In this document: positions 41,334-49,534 of the stretch, piece after piece
Position numbering within the stretch: the first letter of the stretch is position 1
How the letters are laid out: each line of letters opens with the position of its first letter
From: Akkermansiaceae bacterium
Lineage (GTDB): Bacteria; Verrucomicrobiota; Verrucomicrobiia; Verrucomicrobiales; Akkermansiaceae
DNA length: 64,000 bases
NCBI GenBank assembly: GCA_051251915.1
Contig: JBPOGF010000003.1
Location: 201,479-265,478 of the forward strand
Direction of reading: 5' to 3'
Notes under the pieces: generated by a model
The model's input: only the letters and a program-made list of their open reading frames with translations
Told to the model about the DNA's origin: nothing
Databases searched by the model: none
Translations under genes and position numbers: made by a program

Positions 41334-42659
41334 TTATCCACGGAAGCCATATGGGGCGCGTTCGGCGAGCTGGCTGAGAAGGCGAGAGATGATTCTGGGG
41401 CCATCTACACCGATTCCATTGTGTTCCCATTCGTTAGTTACCCAGATGCGGAAGTTTCCTACATGTTGAGCTGTTTCTTCTGACCATTCTACGGGCACAT
41501 ACATGTCGTCGTAGTATGAGATAGCAGACACGGGGACCTCGTTTTTAGCGAGTTGGTCTAGGTCGTATAGTTTTCCCCAGTCAGATTTTTGGGCTAAGAT
41601 CTCTGCTAATTCTTTGAGTGGTTGGAGTGATTTATAGTCATCGAGCATTGTTGGTGAGACCATTTCACCTGTGAAATAAAACTGCTCGGCATTGACATCG
41701 AATTCAGGGAATTCTTTTCTCAGAGCTTCGCCAGCCCATTGTGTGGCGTAGCCTTCTGCGTAGATAGACTCGTGCATGATAGTGAAGATAGGGTTGTTCT
41801 CGTAGGCGGATGACTGCTCTACACGGGCGAGGAAATATTCACTTAGTTCTCTGCCATTGACTCCGTTGATGAATGCTTTCTCGATGAGGTAGTGCATTGC
41901 TTCAAGACCACCGCTGCCGCCAAAGAACATGCCTAGTTGCTGGAATCTTCTATCGGTCAAGCGGACGCCGCTGGGTAGCATGACTTTTTGGTTTTGGAGG
42001 CATTTGACGATTTCGTTTACTATAGCAGCATCCTCTGGGTAGCGTTGGAAATACAGACGGTTCTTATCGATCACTTTGTTATAAGTCAGGCGATAGTTGC
42101 CCTTGATGTGTTGTTTTATGCAGGCCACGCCTCCAGTGATGATTACTCCAGAGAGGCCTTCTGGGTGGAATGAAAGATAGGTTAGTAGGCAAAATCCACC
42201 GTAACTCTGGCCCATGCCGATCCATTTACTGTCGCCGATGAGTGATTTACGGATTCCTTCTGCATCACGCACGATGCTATCGGTTCTGAAATGGGTTAGA
42301 TAGTCGGCTTGGGCAGTAGCATCACCGCGGGTGGCTAGAGTCTGAGGCATGACTGGGCTGCTAAGTCCGGTGCCGCGTTGGTCTAGCAAAAGTAGTCTAT
42401 GGGTCTTGAGTAACTCACCGCACCAACCGGATGATGTTCCGAGTCGTGGGCTTTCGCCGCCCGGGCCACCTTGGAGAAATATTAACCAGGGAAGTTTTTT
42501 GCTGGCACCTTTTAGTGAAACTTCACGGGCGAAGACCTCGATCTTTTCACCTTCTTGCTGGGCGTAGTCCAGAGGGACTTCGAAATAGTGATCTGTAATT
42601 TCTAGTCCGTTGGTAAGTCTTGTTTCACTGCTTCTGGTAGGTGCTGCCGTTATATTCAT
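41334..42659 (-). CDS. proline iminopeptidase-like alpha/beta hydrolase
   Basis: LQGGPG, DQRGTG, GQSYGG, DDMYV and EHNG. Confidence 0.9.
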   Translation of the reverse strand: MNITAAPTRSSETRLTNGLEITDHYFEVPLDYAQQEGEKIEVFAREVSLKGASKKLPWLIFLQGGPGGESPRLGTSSGWCGELLKTHRLLLLDQRGTGLSSPVMPQTLATRGDATAQADYLTHFRTDSIVRDAEGIRKSLIGDSKWIGMGQSYGGFCLLTYLSFHPEGLSGVIITGGVACIKQHIKGNYRLTYNKVIDKNRLYFQRYPEDAAIVNEIVKCLQNQKVMLPSGVRLTDRRFQQLGMFFGGSGGLEAMHYLIEKAFINGVNGRELSEYFLARVEQSSAYENNPIFTIMHESIYAEGYATQWAGEALRKEFPEFDVNAEQFYFTGEMVSPTMLDDYKSLQPLKELAEILAQKSDWGKLYDLDQLAKNEVPVSAISYYDDMYVPVEWSEETAQHVGNFRIWVTNEWEHNGIGVDGPRIISRLLSQLAERAPYGFRG

Positions 42660-42693
42660 GATGCTTGGATCATTGGCATTTACGAACTCATGT

Positions 42694-42746
42694 AAACAAA
42701 AACAAGAGCCTCTCCGCGATCTAATGATCATGTTGCGGAAAGGCTC
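42694..42746 (-). terminator. intrinsic terminator just upstream of the iminopeptidase start
   Basis: Minus strand GAGCCTTTCCGCAA...TCGCGGAGAGGCTC followed by TTGTTTTT. Confidence 0.65.
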
Positions 42747-42840
42747 CTGCCACCTTATCTAAGGCGTACACACAAAAAATTTGATAACCGTCAATTATTT
42801 ATACGGGGTTAAGACGAGGAAGTTTAGATATTTATTCATT

Positions 42841-43557
42841 TTATTCACGAATTGTAAAAAGCTTACCCAAAGTCCACTTTGCGGCATCAGATGTAGCTCC
42901 TAATGGTCCACGGATGGGATTCTGGGAGAGTGAGATGTCTAGCTTGCTGAACCTTGCGAAAGCCTTCATCTGGCGTGCACCTTCTTCAATAGAGAAAATC
43001 TGTTCTTCTATCTCAGCGAGGTTTTTTTCTAGTTCTAGCTTATCTTTTAGTTCTTTTGCATTGCGGTACATTGTTTCTAGTCTGGCTTTGCGTTGCTTTA
43101 GTTTTGTGAGTAGTGCTTTTTGGGCGATGGCTTCTTTGGTGCGGTCTTTTACAGTGATCTTGCGGTAGGTTACTTTGCCTAGTTGAGAAATGGCATCCAT
43201 GGTGAGGACGAGGTTCTCGGCTGGTATACGGATGGAAAATGAGGCGCTCTTTTGCTTATCATCTCGCTCATCATAGCTCAGCATATGACCGCCTTGTGTA
43301 GCTGTGATTTGCTCTATACGTTCTGCGGCTTCTCGCACATTGCTGGCATCTAGATTTATAGAACCAGTCTTCACTACCACCCGTTCAGCAGTGCTGACAC
43401 TGTTCCTGTTTAGTGATCCTGATGAGGGGGCCGCGTAGCTTGGCATGGATGGCACCATTGGGGATTCATAAGACTGCATGCCACAGCTGTTAAGAGCGGT
43501 GACAAAGCCTAGACTCAATAGCAGCCTTAGCGTGTAGATATAGGTTATATGATTCAT
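42841..43557 (-). CDS. DUF4349 family lipoprotein
   Basis: LNSC lipobox-like site, VVKTGSINL, SIRIPAE and coiled coil. Confidence 0.8.
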   Translation of the reverse strand: MNHITYIYTLRLLLSLGFVTALNSCGMQSYESPMVPSMPSYAAPSSGSLNRNSVSTAERVVVKTGSINLDASNVREAAERIEQITATQGGHMLSYDERDDKQKSASFSIRIPAENLVLTMDAISQLGKVTYRKITVKDRTKEAIAQKALLTKLKQRKARLETMYRNAKELKDKLELEKNLAEIEEQIFSIEEGARQMKAFARFSKLDISLSQNPIRGPLGATSDAAKWTLGKLFTIRE

Positions 43558-43703
43558 TGTGCTGGAAAAGTAGCACTTGGGTGATAGGGTGTAAATATTA
43601 AAGTGCTGAAAAAACTGCATTTAGTGTATTTAGGTGGTGAAATTCAAAGAAAACGGTGTCACTAAGGGTTGTTATTTAAAGGAAAACCAGTATATTCTCG
43701 AAC

Positions 43704-45176
43704 ATGTCAAATCTCCATAACGACGACTTAATTTCTAAGCGACATTTATCCCGGCCGAGCTTTTTAGCGCGTATCTGGTGGATACGTGCGGCCCTCTTCT
43801 TGCTTGTTTGTTTTGCAATCGTTTTCCCATTTACTAAGACTGGAAAAGACGCGGTGAGAGCGTGGAATCGTCCAGCTGTTAAGAGCTCTGCTGCGGATAC
43901 TGAACGGGTTCCTGAGGTTAAACCTGAACCCAAGCCAATGCCGGAACCAGTGGTAGATCCCGAGCCAATGCCTGAGCCAGCACCGGTGGTGAAGCGAGTT
44001 CTTACTGTTGCTATAGAGAGTGATGCGGATGTGAGGAAAACCCTCAAAGGTTTTGGTCTCAAGTATCAGGCAAATTTCCCGAAGGGGGAACAGGCATCAA
44101 AGGAGCGAGTAAGAGACGATAGCTATGTGGCGAGCTTCAGCCTTGATGTGAAAATGCCAACGCCTGCTACCACGGCTAAGCAGCTAGCGGAGATTAATCC
44201 GCATCTTATAAAAATGCTTCCAGGGCTGGGTGATCTTACTGAGAAGGCGAAGGTCTCGCCATTTTACACGAAGCTCTATAATAACAAAGCTGAGCGTTTG
44301 AAACGTGAAGTGCTGAATCTTGGCAAAGTTCTGACGAGTCATAATTTTTACGATTGTGAGACGATGTTAGAGATGGCTCATCCTGTGAGTGGTCGAAAGG
44401 TATTTTTATTTCAAGCGGACATGGATGTGGTGACTGATGGTTCTGATGGAGATAGGCTGGAAGTGATGCCTGATGCGGTGGTGAATTCGACATACTACCA
44501 ACCTTTCACGAGTTATAGTTGGGATAAGGTTACGAAGAAAAAGAACCCGATGGTGAAGGGCTGGGAGCAGCGGATGAAGAATGCCAAAGCTGAGCTTGGA
44601 CGAGCTGGCACAACTCCGGAGCGTAAAGCGTGGTTACGTAGTAGGATGAAAATGCTTCAGGTGGGGATTGATGATATGAGGATTCATAGCTTTCTGATTG
44701 CTGAGCACGATCCATTTATTGTTATTTCGGTGGATAAGATTAAGGCCGCGAGGTCTCAGAAGGATGTTCCGGGAGTGGGGGATTATGTGGCGGTGATTTA
44801 TAAGGATAAGATTTATCCTGCTATTGTTGGAGATGGAGGACCTACTTTTAAGGCTGGGGAAAGTTCGCTGCGACTAGCTAAAGAGATAAATCCTATTGCG
44901 ACATCCTATCATCGGCCAGTTTCTACGCTGGGGGTTACTTATGTGGTTTTTCCGGGGACGGCGGTGAAGCCAAGGTCTGCGCCGGATTATGATCTATGGT
45001 ATGAACAGTGCTCTAAGTTACTTGGAGAGATAGGAGGTCTCGGCGAGGGTTATACGCTTCATCGCTGGGAAGATACTTTCCCGAAACCAGAGCCAGATCC
45101 AGAGCCTGAACTAGTACCTGAGGAGGAGGCGGAAAGAGAGCTGGATTCTGAAACGGTGACCACACCGAATCTATGA
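43704..45176 (+). CDS. membrane-anchored GH75 (chitosanase-like) protein
   Basis: DMDVVTDGSDG and GDYVAVIY...AIVGDGGP..KAGESS; N-terminal TM plus PEP linker. Confidence 0.75.
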   Translation: MSNLHNDDLISKRHLSRPSFLARIWWIRAALFLLVCFAIVFPFTKTGKDAVRAWNRPAVKSSAADTERVPEVKPEPKPMPEPVVDPEPMPEPAPVVKRVLTVAIESDADVRKTLKGFGLKYQANFPKGEQASKERVRDDSYVASFSLDVKMPTPATTAKQLAEINPHLIKMLPGLGDLTEKAKVSPFYTKLYNNKAERLKREVLNLGKVLTSHNFYDCETMLEMAHPVSGRKVFLFQADMDVVTDGSDGDRLEVMPDAVVNSTYYQPFTSYSWDKVTKKKNPMVKGWEQRMKNAKAELGRAGTTPERKAWLRSRMKMLQVGIDDMRIHSFLIAEHDPFIVISVDKIKAARSQKDVPGVGDYVAVIYKDKIYPAIVGDGGPTFKAGESSLRLAKEINPIATSYHRPVSTLGVTYVVFPGTAVKPRSAPDYDLWYEQCSKLLGEIGGLGEGYTLHRWEDTFPKPEPDPEPELVPEEEAERELDSETVTTPNL

Positions 45177-46642
45177 AGAAATGTATTATCTGGCTACGTA
45201 AGGACCTGCGTCTGAATGACCATCCCGGTTTTGCATATGCTATTCAGCAAGGCTACCAGATTATTCCGGTTTTCATTTGGGATGATGCGGAGCATCGTTG
45301 GCAAGATGGTGCAGCCTCGCGCTGGTGGTTGCATCATGCTCTTAAGGATTTAGAGGGACAGATAGAGGAATTAGGAGGTAAGCTGATTATTCATGAGCTA
45401 GGGAGTTCTAATACGGAGCGGGATAGGGGTAAGTTTTCTGCGGAGGTTATGGAGATTTTTCGTGGATATGAGGCTGATGCTATTTACTGGGGAAGGCGTT
45501 ATGAGCCAGAAATTATTGAGCGTGATAAGCGACTTAAATATGATCTAACAGAAGAGGGTTATGAGGTGAAATCCTTTAATACTCATCTTTTGTTAGAGCC
45601 GCATACGATTAAAAATAAATCTGGGAGTCACTTTAAGGTTTTTACTCCGTATTGGAAGCATTGTCTCACTCACAGCATCGCTCCTGTTATTGAGATTTCT
45701 GCTAAAGAATGGGCTGAGGTTCAGTGGGGCGAGATGCCATCTCCTGATTGTGTTGATGACCTTGATCTTTTGCCAGAGATCCCGTGGGATGAGGAATTTT
45801 ACGAGTACTGGGGACCTACCCGAAAGGAGGGTTTAGCAAGATTATCTGAGATGGTGGAGTCTAAGGCTGGTGACTATGATAAGATGCGCGATATACCATC
45901 GGTGGACGGGACTTCGCAGCTTTCGCCGTATCTTCAGTGGGGGCAGGTGAGTGCGCGTGAGGTTTATCATGCTTTTGGGGGCAGCTATAATGATACGGTG
46001 GAGAAAGGGTATCTGAGGCAGTTGTTTTGGCGTGAGTTTAGTTACCATTTACTGTTTCATGCGCCGCATAGTGTGGAGCGGCCGTTGAGGCCAGAGTATG
46101 AGAATTTTCCGTGGAAAGCGAAGGAGAAGTATCTAACAGCTTGGCAGAAGGGGGAGACGGGATTTCCGATTGTGGATGCGGGGATGAGGCAGCTGTGGCA
46201 GACTGGGTGGATGCATAATCGGGTGAGGATGATTGTGGGGTCGTTTTTGGTGAAGCATTTGTTGCAGGACTGGCGTGAGGGGGCGAGTTGGTTTTGGGAT
46301 ACGCTGGTGGATGCGGATCTGGCGAACAATACGATGGGGTGGCAGTGGATAGGTGGTTGTGGGGCGGATGCTTCGCCGTATTTTAGGATTTTTAATCCTA
46401 TTATTCAGGGTGAGAAGTTTGATCCAGATGGGGAGTATGTTAGAAGGTATTGTCCGGAGTTGAAGGATGTGCCTAGCAAGTATATTCATAAGCCTTGGGA
46501 GATGCCTGAGTTAGAGTTGGTGGCTGCTGGGGTGACGTTGGGGAAAACTTACCCTCAGCCTGTTATTTCTCATGAGGATGGTAGAGCTAGTGCGCTAGAT
46601 GCCTATGGAAAATTCAAAGAGTTGAATAAAGAGCAGGGCTAG
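45173..46642 (+). CDS. phrB: class I/III CPD DNA photolyase
   Basis: WLRKDLRLND, TSQLSPYL, WREF, TGWMHNRVRM and RIFNP. Confidence 0.93.
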   Translation: MKKCIIWLRKDLRLNDHPGFAYAIQQGYQIIPVFIWDDAEHRWQDGAASRWWLHHALKDLEGQIEELGGKLIIHELGSSNTERDRGKFSAEVMEIFRGYEADAIYWGRRYEPEIIERDKRLKYDLTEEGYEVKSFNTHLLLEPHTIKNKSGSHFKVFTPYWKHCLTHSIAPVIEISAKEWAEVQWGEMPSPDCVDDLDLLPEIPWDEEFYEYWGPTRKEGLARLSEMVESKAGDYDKMRDIPSVDGTSQLSPYLQWGQVSAREVYHAFGGSYNDTVEKGYLRQLFWREFSYHLLFHAPHSVERPLRPEYENFPWKAKEKYLTAWQKGETGFPIVDAGMRQLWQTGWMHNRVRMIVGSFLVKHLLQDWREGASWFWDTLVDADLANNTMGWQWIGGCGADASPYFRIFNPIIQGEKFDPDGEYVRRYCPELKDVPSKYIHKPWEMPELELVAAGVTLGKTYPQPVISHEDGRASALDAYGKFKELNKEQG

Positions 46643-46663
46643 TATTTAAAATACTAGCCCTGC
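46633..46663. terminator. perfect inverted repeat between convergent genes
   Basis: gcagggctagtatt-taa-aatactagccctgc. Confidence 0.7.
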
Positions 46664-46686
46664 AGGAGTGGTTGATTTTTAGATTA

Positions 46687-47082
46687 TTAAATGGGTTTTG
46701 CTAGTTTGATGATGGCGAAGTGTGCGCCTTGGGGGTCTGCTAGGTAGGCTATTCTGCCTGCTTCTGGGCAGTCGAATGGTGGCATGAGGATTTTTCCGCC
46801 TAGTTTTTCGGTGGTGGCGGCTGCGGCGTCTACGTCGTCTACGTGGATATGGAGTCCCCAGTTGTTAGGGATGCCGGGGGCCATTGGTTTCATGGCTCCG
46901 GCTACTTCTTCTCCGCTGGGGTTGGTGAAGCAGGTGTAGGTGCCGGAGCCGTCTGCCATTTCGGCTTCCTGCGCTGTCCAGCCGAAGATTTCACCATAAA
47001 ATGTGGCTGCTGCTTGTGGGTCTGCTGTGGTAAGTTCTCCCCAGCATACTGCTCCGTGTTGTCCTCTGATATCTTTTTTCAT
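46687..47082 (-). CDS. VOC family (glyoxalase/bleomycin resistance-like) protein
   Basis: WGELTTADP, FYGEIFGW, VDDVD and ADPQGAHF. Confidence 0.9.
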   Translation of the reverse strand: MKKDIRGQHGAVCWGELTTADPQAAATFYGEIFGWTAQEAEMADGSGTYTCFTNPSGEEVAGAMKPMAPGIPNNWGLHIHVDDVDAAAATTEKLGGKILMPPFDCPEAGRIAYLADPQGAHFAIIKLAKPI

Positions 47083-47155
47083 GTTAGTTGTAGTGTGGTT
47101 AATGTTGATGTTTCGATCTGCTCATTTCGCAGATTCAAGGGCATTCAACCACACG

Positions 47156-47179
47156 CTAGTGACAACCCTATGTCAGTAG
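47156..47179. promoter_or_regulatory. palindromic operator, probable WYL-regulator site
   Basis: ctagTGACA-acccta-TGTCAgtag. Confidence 0.7.
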
Positions 47180-47196
47180 GGTTGAAAAAAGATGGT

Positions 47197-48144
47197 TTAT
47201 TTTACTTTGTGGTGGGCGGCTAGCTCGGCGGCGCGTTTGGTTAGGAGTGTTTTTAATTCATCGGAGTCTAGGATTTGTACGCTGGTGCCGAATGAGAGGA
47301 GCCAGTTGACTAGCCATTCTAGGTCTCCTGAGTTGAGGTTCATTTCTATCCAACCATTGGACTCGGTGAGTCTTTCGCCGCCGAGTCTCCACTCGCGTTC
47401 GGCTCGGTCGATTGCCCATTTTTCAAACTTTACTTTGACGGTTTGGCGGACTTCTTTTTTGATCCATTCTTCTAGGAAGTGGTTTACTGATACTCGTTCA
47501 CGGAGGGGGAAGTGTTCATCTAACATTTTTAGATTTACTACTCGGTCGAGTCTGAAGTCTCGGTAGTCGTTTCTGAGTCTGCACCAGGCTAGGAGGTGCC
47601 ATTTTTCGAGATAGTAAGCTAGTTCTACTGGTTCTATTTGACGCTCGCTGTGGTTTGCGTAGGAGTCTTGGTAGCTGAGGCTGATGATGCGTTGTTCGAT
47701 GAGTGCTTGTTGGAGGATGGGGATTTCTGCTTGGTGGTGATCTTTTGAGGTGGATCCTTGTTGGTAGAGTCGGGTGCTGCCGGAGAGTTTAGCGAGTGAG
47801 GAACGCTGGTCTGCGGGGAGGACGGCACTGACCTTGAGTAGGGCGTTCTTCATTTGTTGCTGGAGGGCTGGGTCTGTTAGGCTGTCGACTAGTACGCCGC
47901 CCATGGCTAGTGCTTGTGCTTCGCTCTGGGTGAACATGACTGGTGGCAGGTGATAGCCTTTCATGAGGCTGTAGCCAACGCCAGCCTCTGCGATGATGGG
48001 AACTCCGGCCTCACCAAGGGCGGTGACGTCTCGGTATACTGTGCGCACGCTGATCTCAAAGTGCGTGGCGATTTCTTCTGCGGTGATAGAACGTTTGCTC
48101 TGCAAGAGCAGGATCATAGCCACTAGTCTATCCACTCGATTCAT
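47197..48144 (-). CDS. YafY-family HTH-WYL-WCX transcriptional regulator
   Basis: MNRVDRL, EISVRTVYRD and WHLLAWCRLRNDYRDFRLDR. Confidence 0.93.
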   Translation of the reverse strand: MNRVDRLVAMILLLQSKRSITAEEIATHFEISVRTVYRDVTALGEAGVPIIAEAGVGYSLMKGYHLPPVMFTQSEAQALAMGGVLVDSLTDPALQQQMKNALLKVSAVLPADQRSSLAKLSGSTRLYQQGSTSKDHHQAEIPILQQALIEQRIISLSYQDSYANHSERQIEPVELAYYLEKWHLLAWCRLRNDYRDFRLDRVVNLKMLDEHFPLRERVSVNHFLEEWIKKEVRQTVKVKFEKWAIDRAEREWRLGGERLTESNGWIEMNLNSGDLEWLVNWLLSFGTSVQILDSDELKTLLTKRAAELAAHHKVK

Positions 48145-48292
48145 GGTGAGATGTTTTCATTTGAGGTCATGAGATACAAACTAAAAATGGATAAAGTCAG
48201 TTGGATTAGCTTCTATAAAAGTTGTAGGGGAATGGTGTGAAGTATTTATTTTACGGTGGGTTGAAGCGGTGGTAGTGTTCATTTCAGTAGGG

Positions 48293-48607
48293 ATGATGAA
48301 GGTGATAGATCAAGAGTATTATGCGTGGTTTCTTTTTGAAGAGGCTGGCGTTTTATTTCTCGATGCAAACTGTAATCACAGTGCATTTGGCTATACATGG
48401 ATGATAAAGCTGAATACGCGTGAGCTAGAAAGTTATAGCAGTGGTGGGCGGGCGTTTCTTAATAAGCTGGCGCATGATATTCACTATTCGGCACCTGCAG
48501 TGAAAGGGAGTAAGTCCCCTTTCAAGGGGCGAGACGTCTCTGAGAAATACCATCAAGTAGCCATGGAAGCGGTGAAAAGATGGAAGTTAGCACAGAATAA
48601 ATCATGA
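48293..48607 (+). CDS. hypothetical protein
   Basis: 104 aa, ATGA-coupled to the next gene. Confidence 0.7.
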   Translation: MMKVIDQEYYAWFLFEEAGVLFLDANCNHSAFGYTWMIKLNTRELESYSSGGRAFLNKLAHDIHYSAPAVKGSKSPFKGRDVSEKYHQVAMEAVKRWKLAQNKS

Positions 48608-49500
48608 TTTTATCCACACCACTCAAATTATTTAAGCAGACATTCAAGGCCTGGCAGGGAGATAATGCTATGCGACTGAGTGCCGCATTGGCTTATTATT
48701 CTGTATTTTCACTGGCTCCGTTGTTGCTCATTTCTATCTCTGTTGCGGGGATTGTGTTTGGGGAGGAGGCAGCGCGGGGAGTGATAGAGGGGCAGCTTGA
48801 GGGGTCGATAGGTGAGAGCTCGGCTATTGCGGTACAGGAGATGATTGATAGTGCTCGTTCTAGTGGGAATAATGTGTTTATGACCTTTATTGGTTCTGCG
48901 CTTTTGTTGTTCACGGCTTCTGGTGTGTTTGCTCAATTGAAGGAGGCGATGAATGTGATTTGGGAGGTGAGGCCTAACCCTAGTCGTGGAATTTTTAATT
49001 TGGTCAAAGCGCGGTTACTCTCTTTTTCGATGGTGATCGTGGTGGCTTTTTTATTGTTAATTTCTTTAGTTTTGTCTGCCGCATTAGGGGCAGCTACTGA
49101 CTGGTTAGGTAGTTTACTGACGATCCCTGTTTACGTGTGGCAGTGTGTTGCGTTTGTTATTTCGGTGGGGATGATCACTGTTCTGTTTGCGATGATTTTT
49201 AAGATTTTACCTGATGCGAAAGTAGAGTGGCGTGATGTGTGGCTGGGTGGATTTTTGACGGCTGTGTTTTTTACGATTGGGCAATTTTTACTGGCTTTGT
49301 ATCTAGGGCGTGAGGAGACGGCATCCACCTATGGTGCTGCAGGGGCGTTTATTTTGCTGCTGCTCTGGATTTACTACACAACGAATATTCTGCTGTTTGG
49401 CGCAGAGTTTACTAAGACTTATGCGGAGTTTAAAAACAGACGGATCCGTCCTGCTAAGGGTGCGATCCCGCTAGAGGTTACACAAAAAGATGTGGGTTAG
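48604..49500 (+). CDS. YihY/virulence factor BrkB family membrane protein
   Basis: AALAYYSVFSLAP, YGAAG and LLWIYY...GAEF. Confidence 0.92.
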   Translation: MILSTPLKLFKQTFKAWQGDNAMRLSAALAYYSVFSLAPLLLISISVAGIVFGEEAARGVIEGQLEGSIGESSAIAVQEMIDSARSSGNNVFMTFIGSALLLFTASGVFAQLKEAMNVIWEVRPNPSRGIFNLVKARLLSFSMVIVVAFLLLISLVLSAALGAATDWLGSLLTIPVYVWQCVAFVISVGMITVLFAMIFKILPDAKVEWRDVWLGGFLTAVFFTIGQFLLALYLGREETASTYGAAGAFILLLLWIYYTTNILLFGAEFTKTYAEFKNRRIRPAKGAIPLEVTQKDVG

Positions 49501-49534
49501 TGATGGATGAAAACTTACCTCTACGGTTGTGGAT

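Noticed and set aside
42745..42765. T-box-like AAGGTGG
   Set aside because: Lacks the ACC continuation and any stem I/specifier structure.
43910..43985. Short repeats encoding PEPKPMPEP
   Set aside because: Ordinary proline-rich linker of the GH75-like protein.
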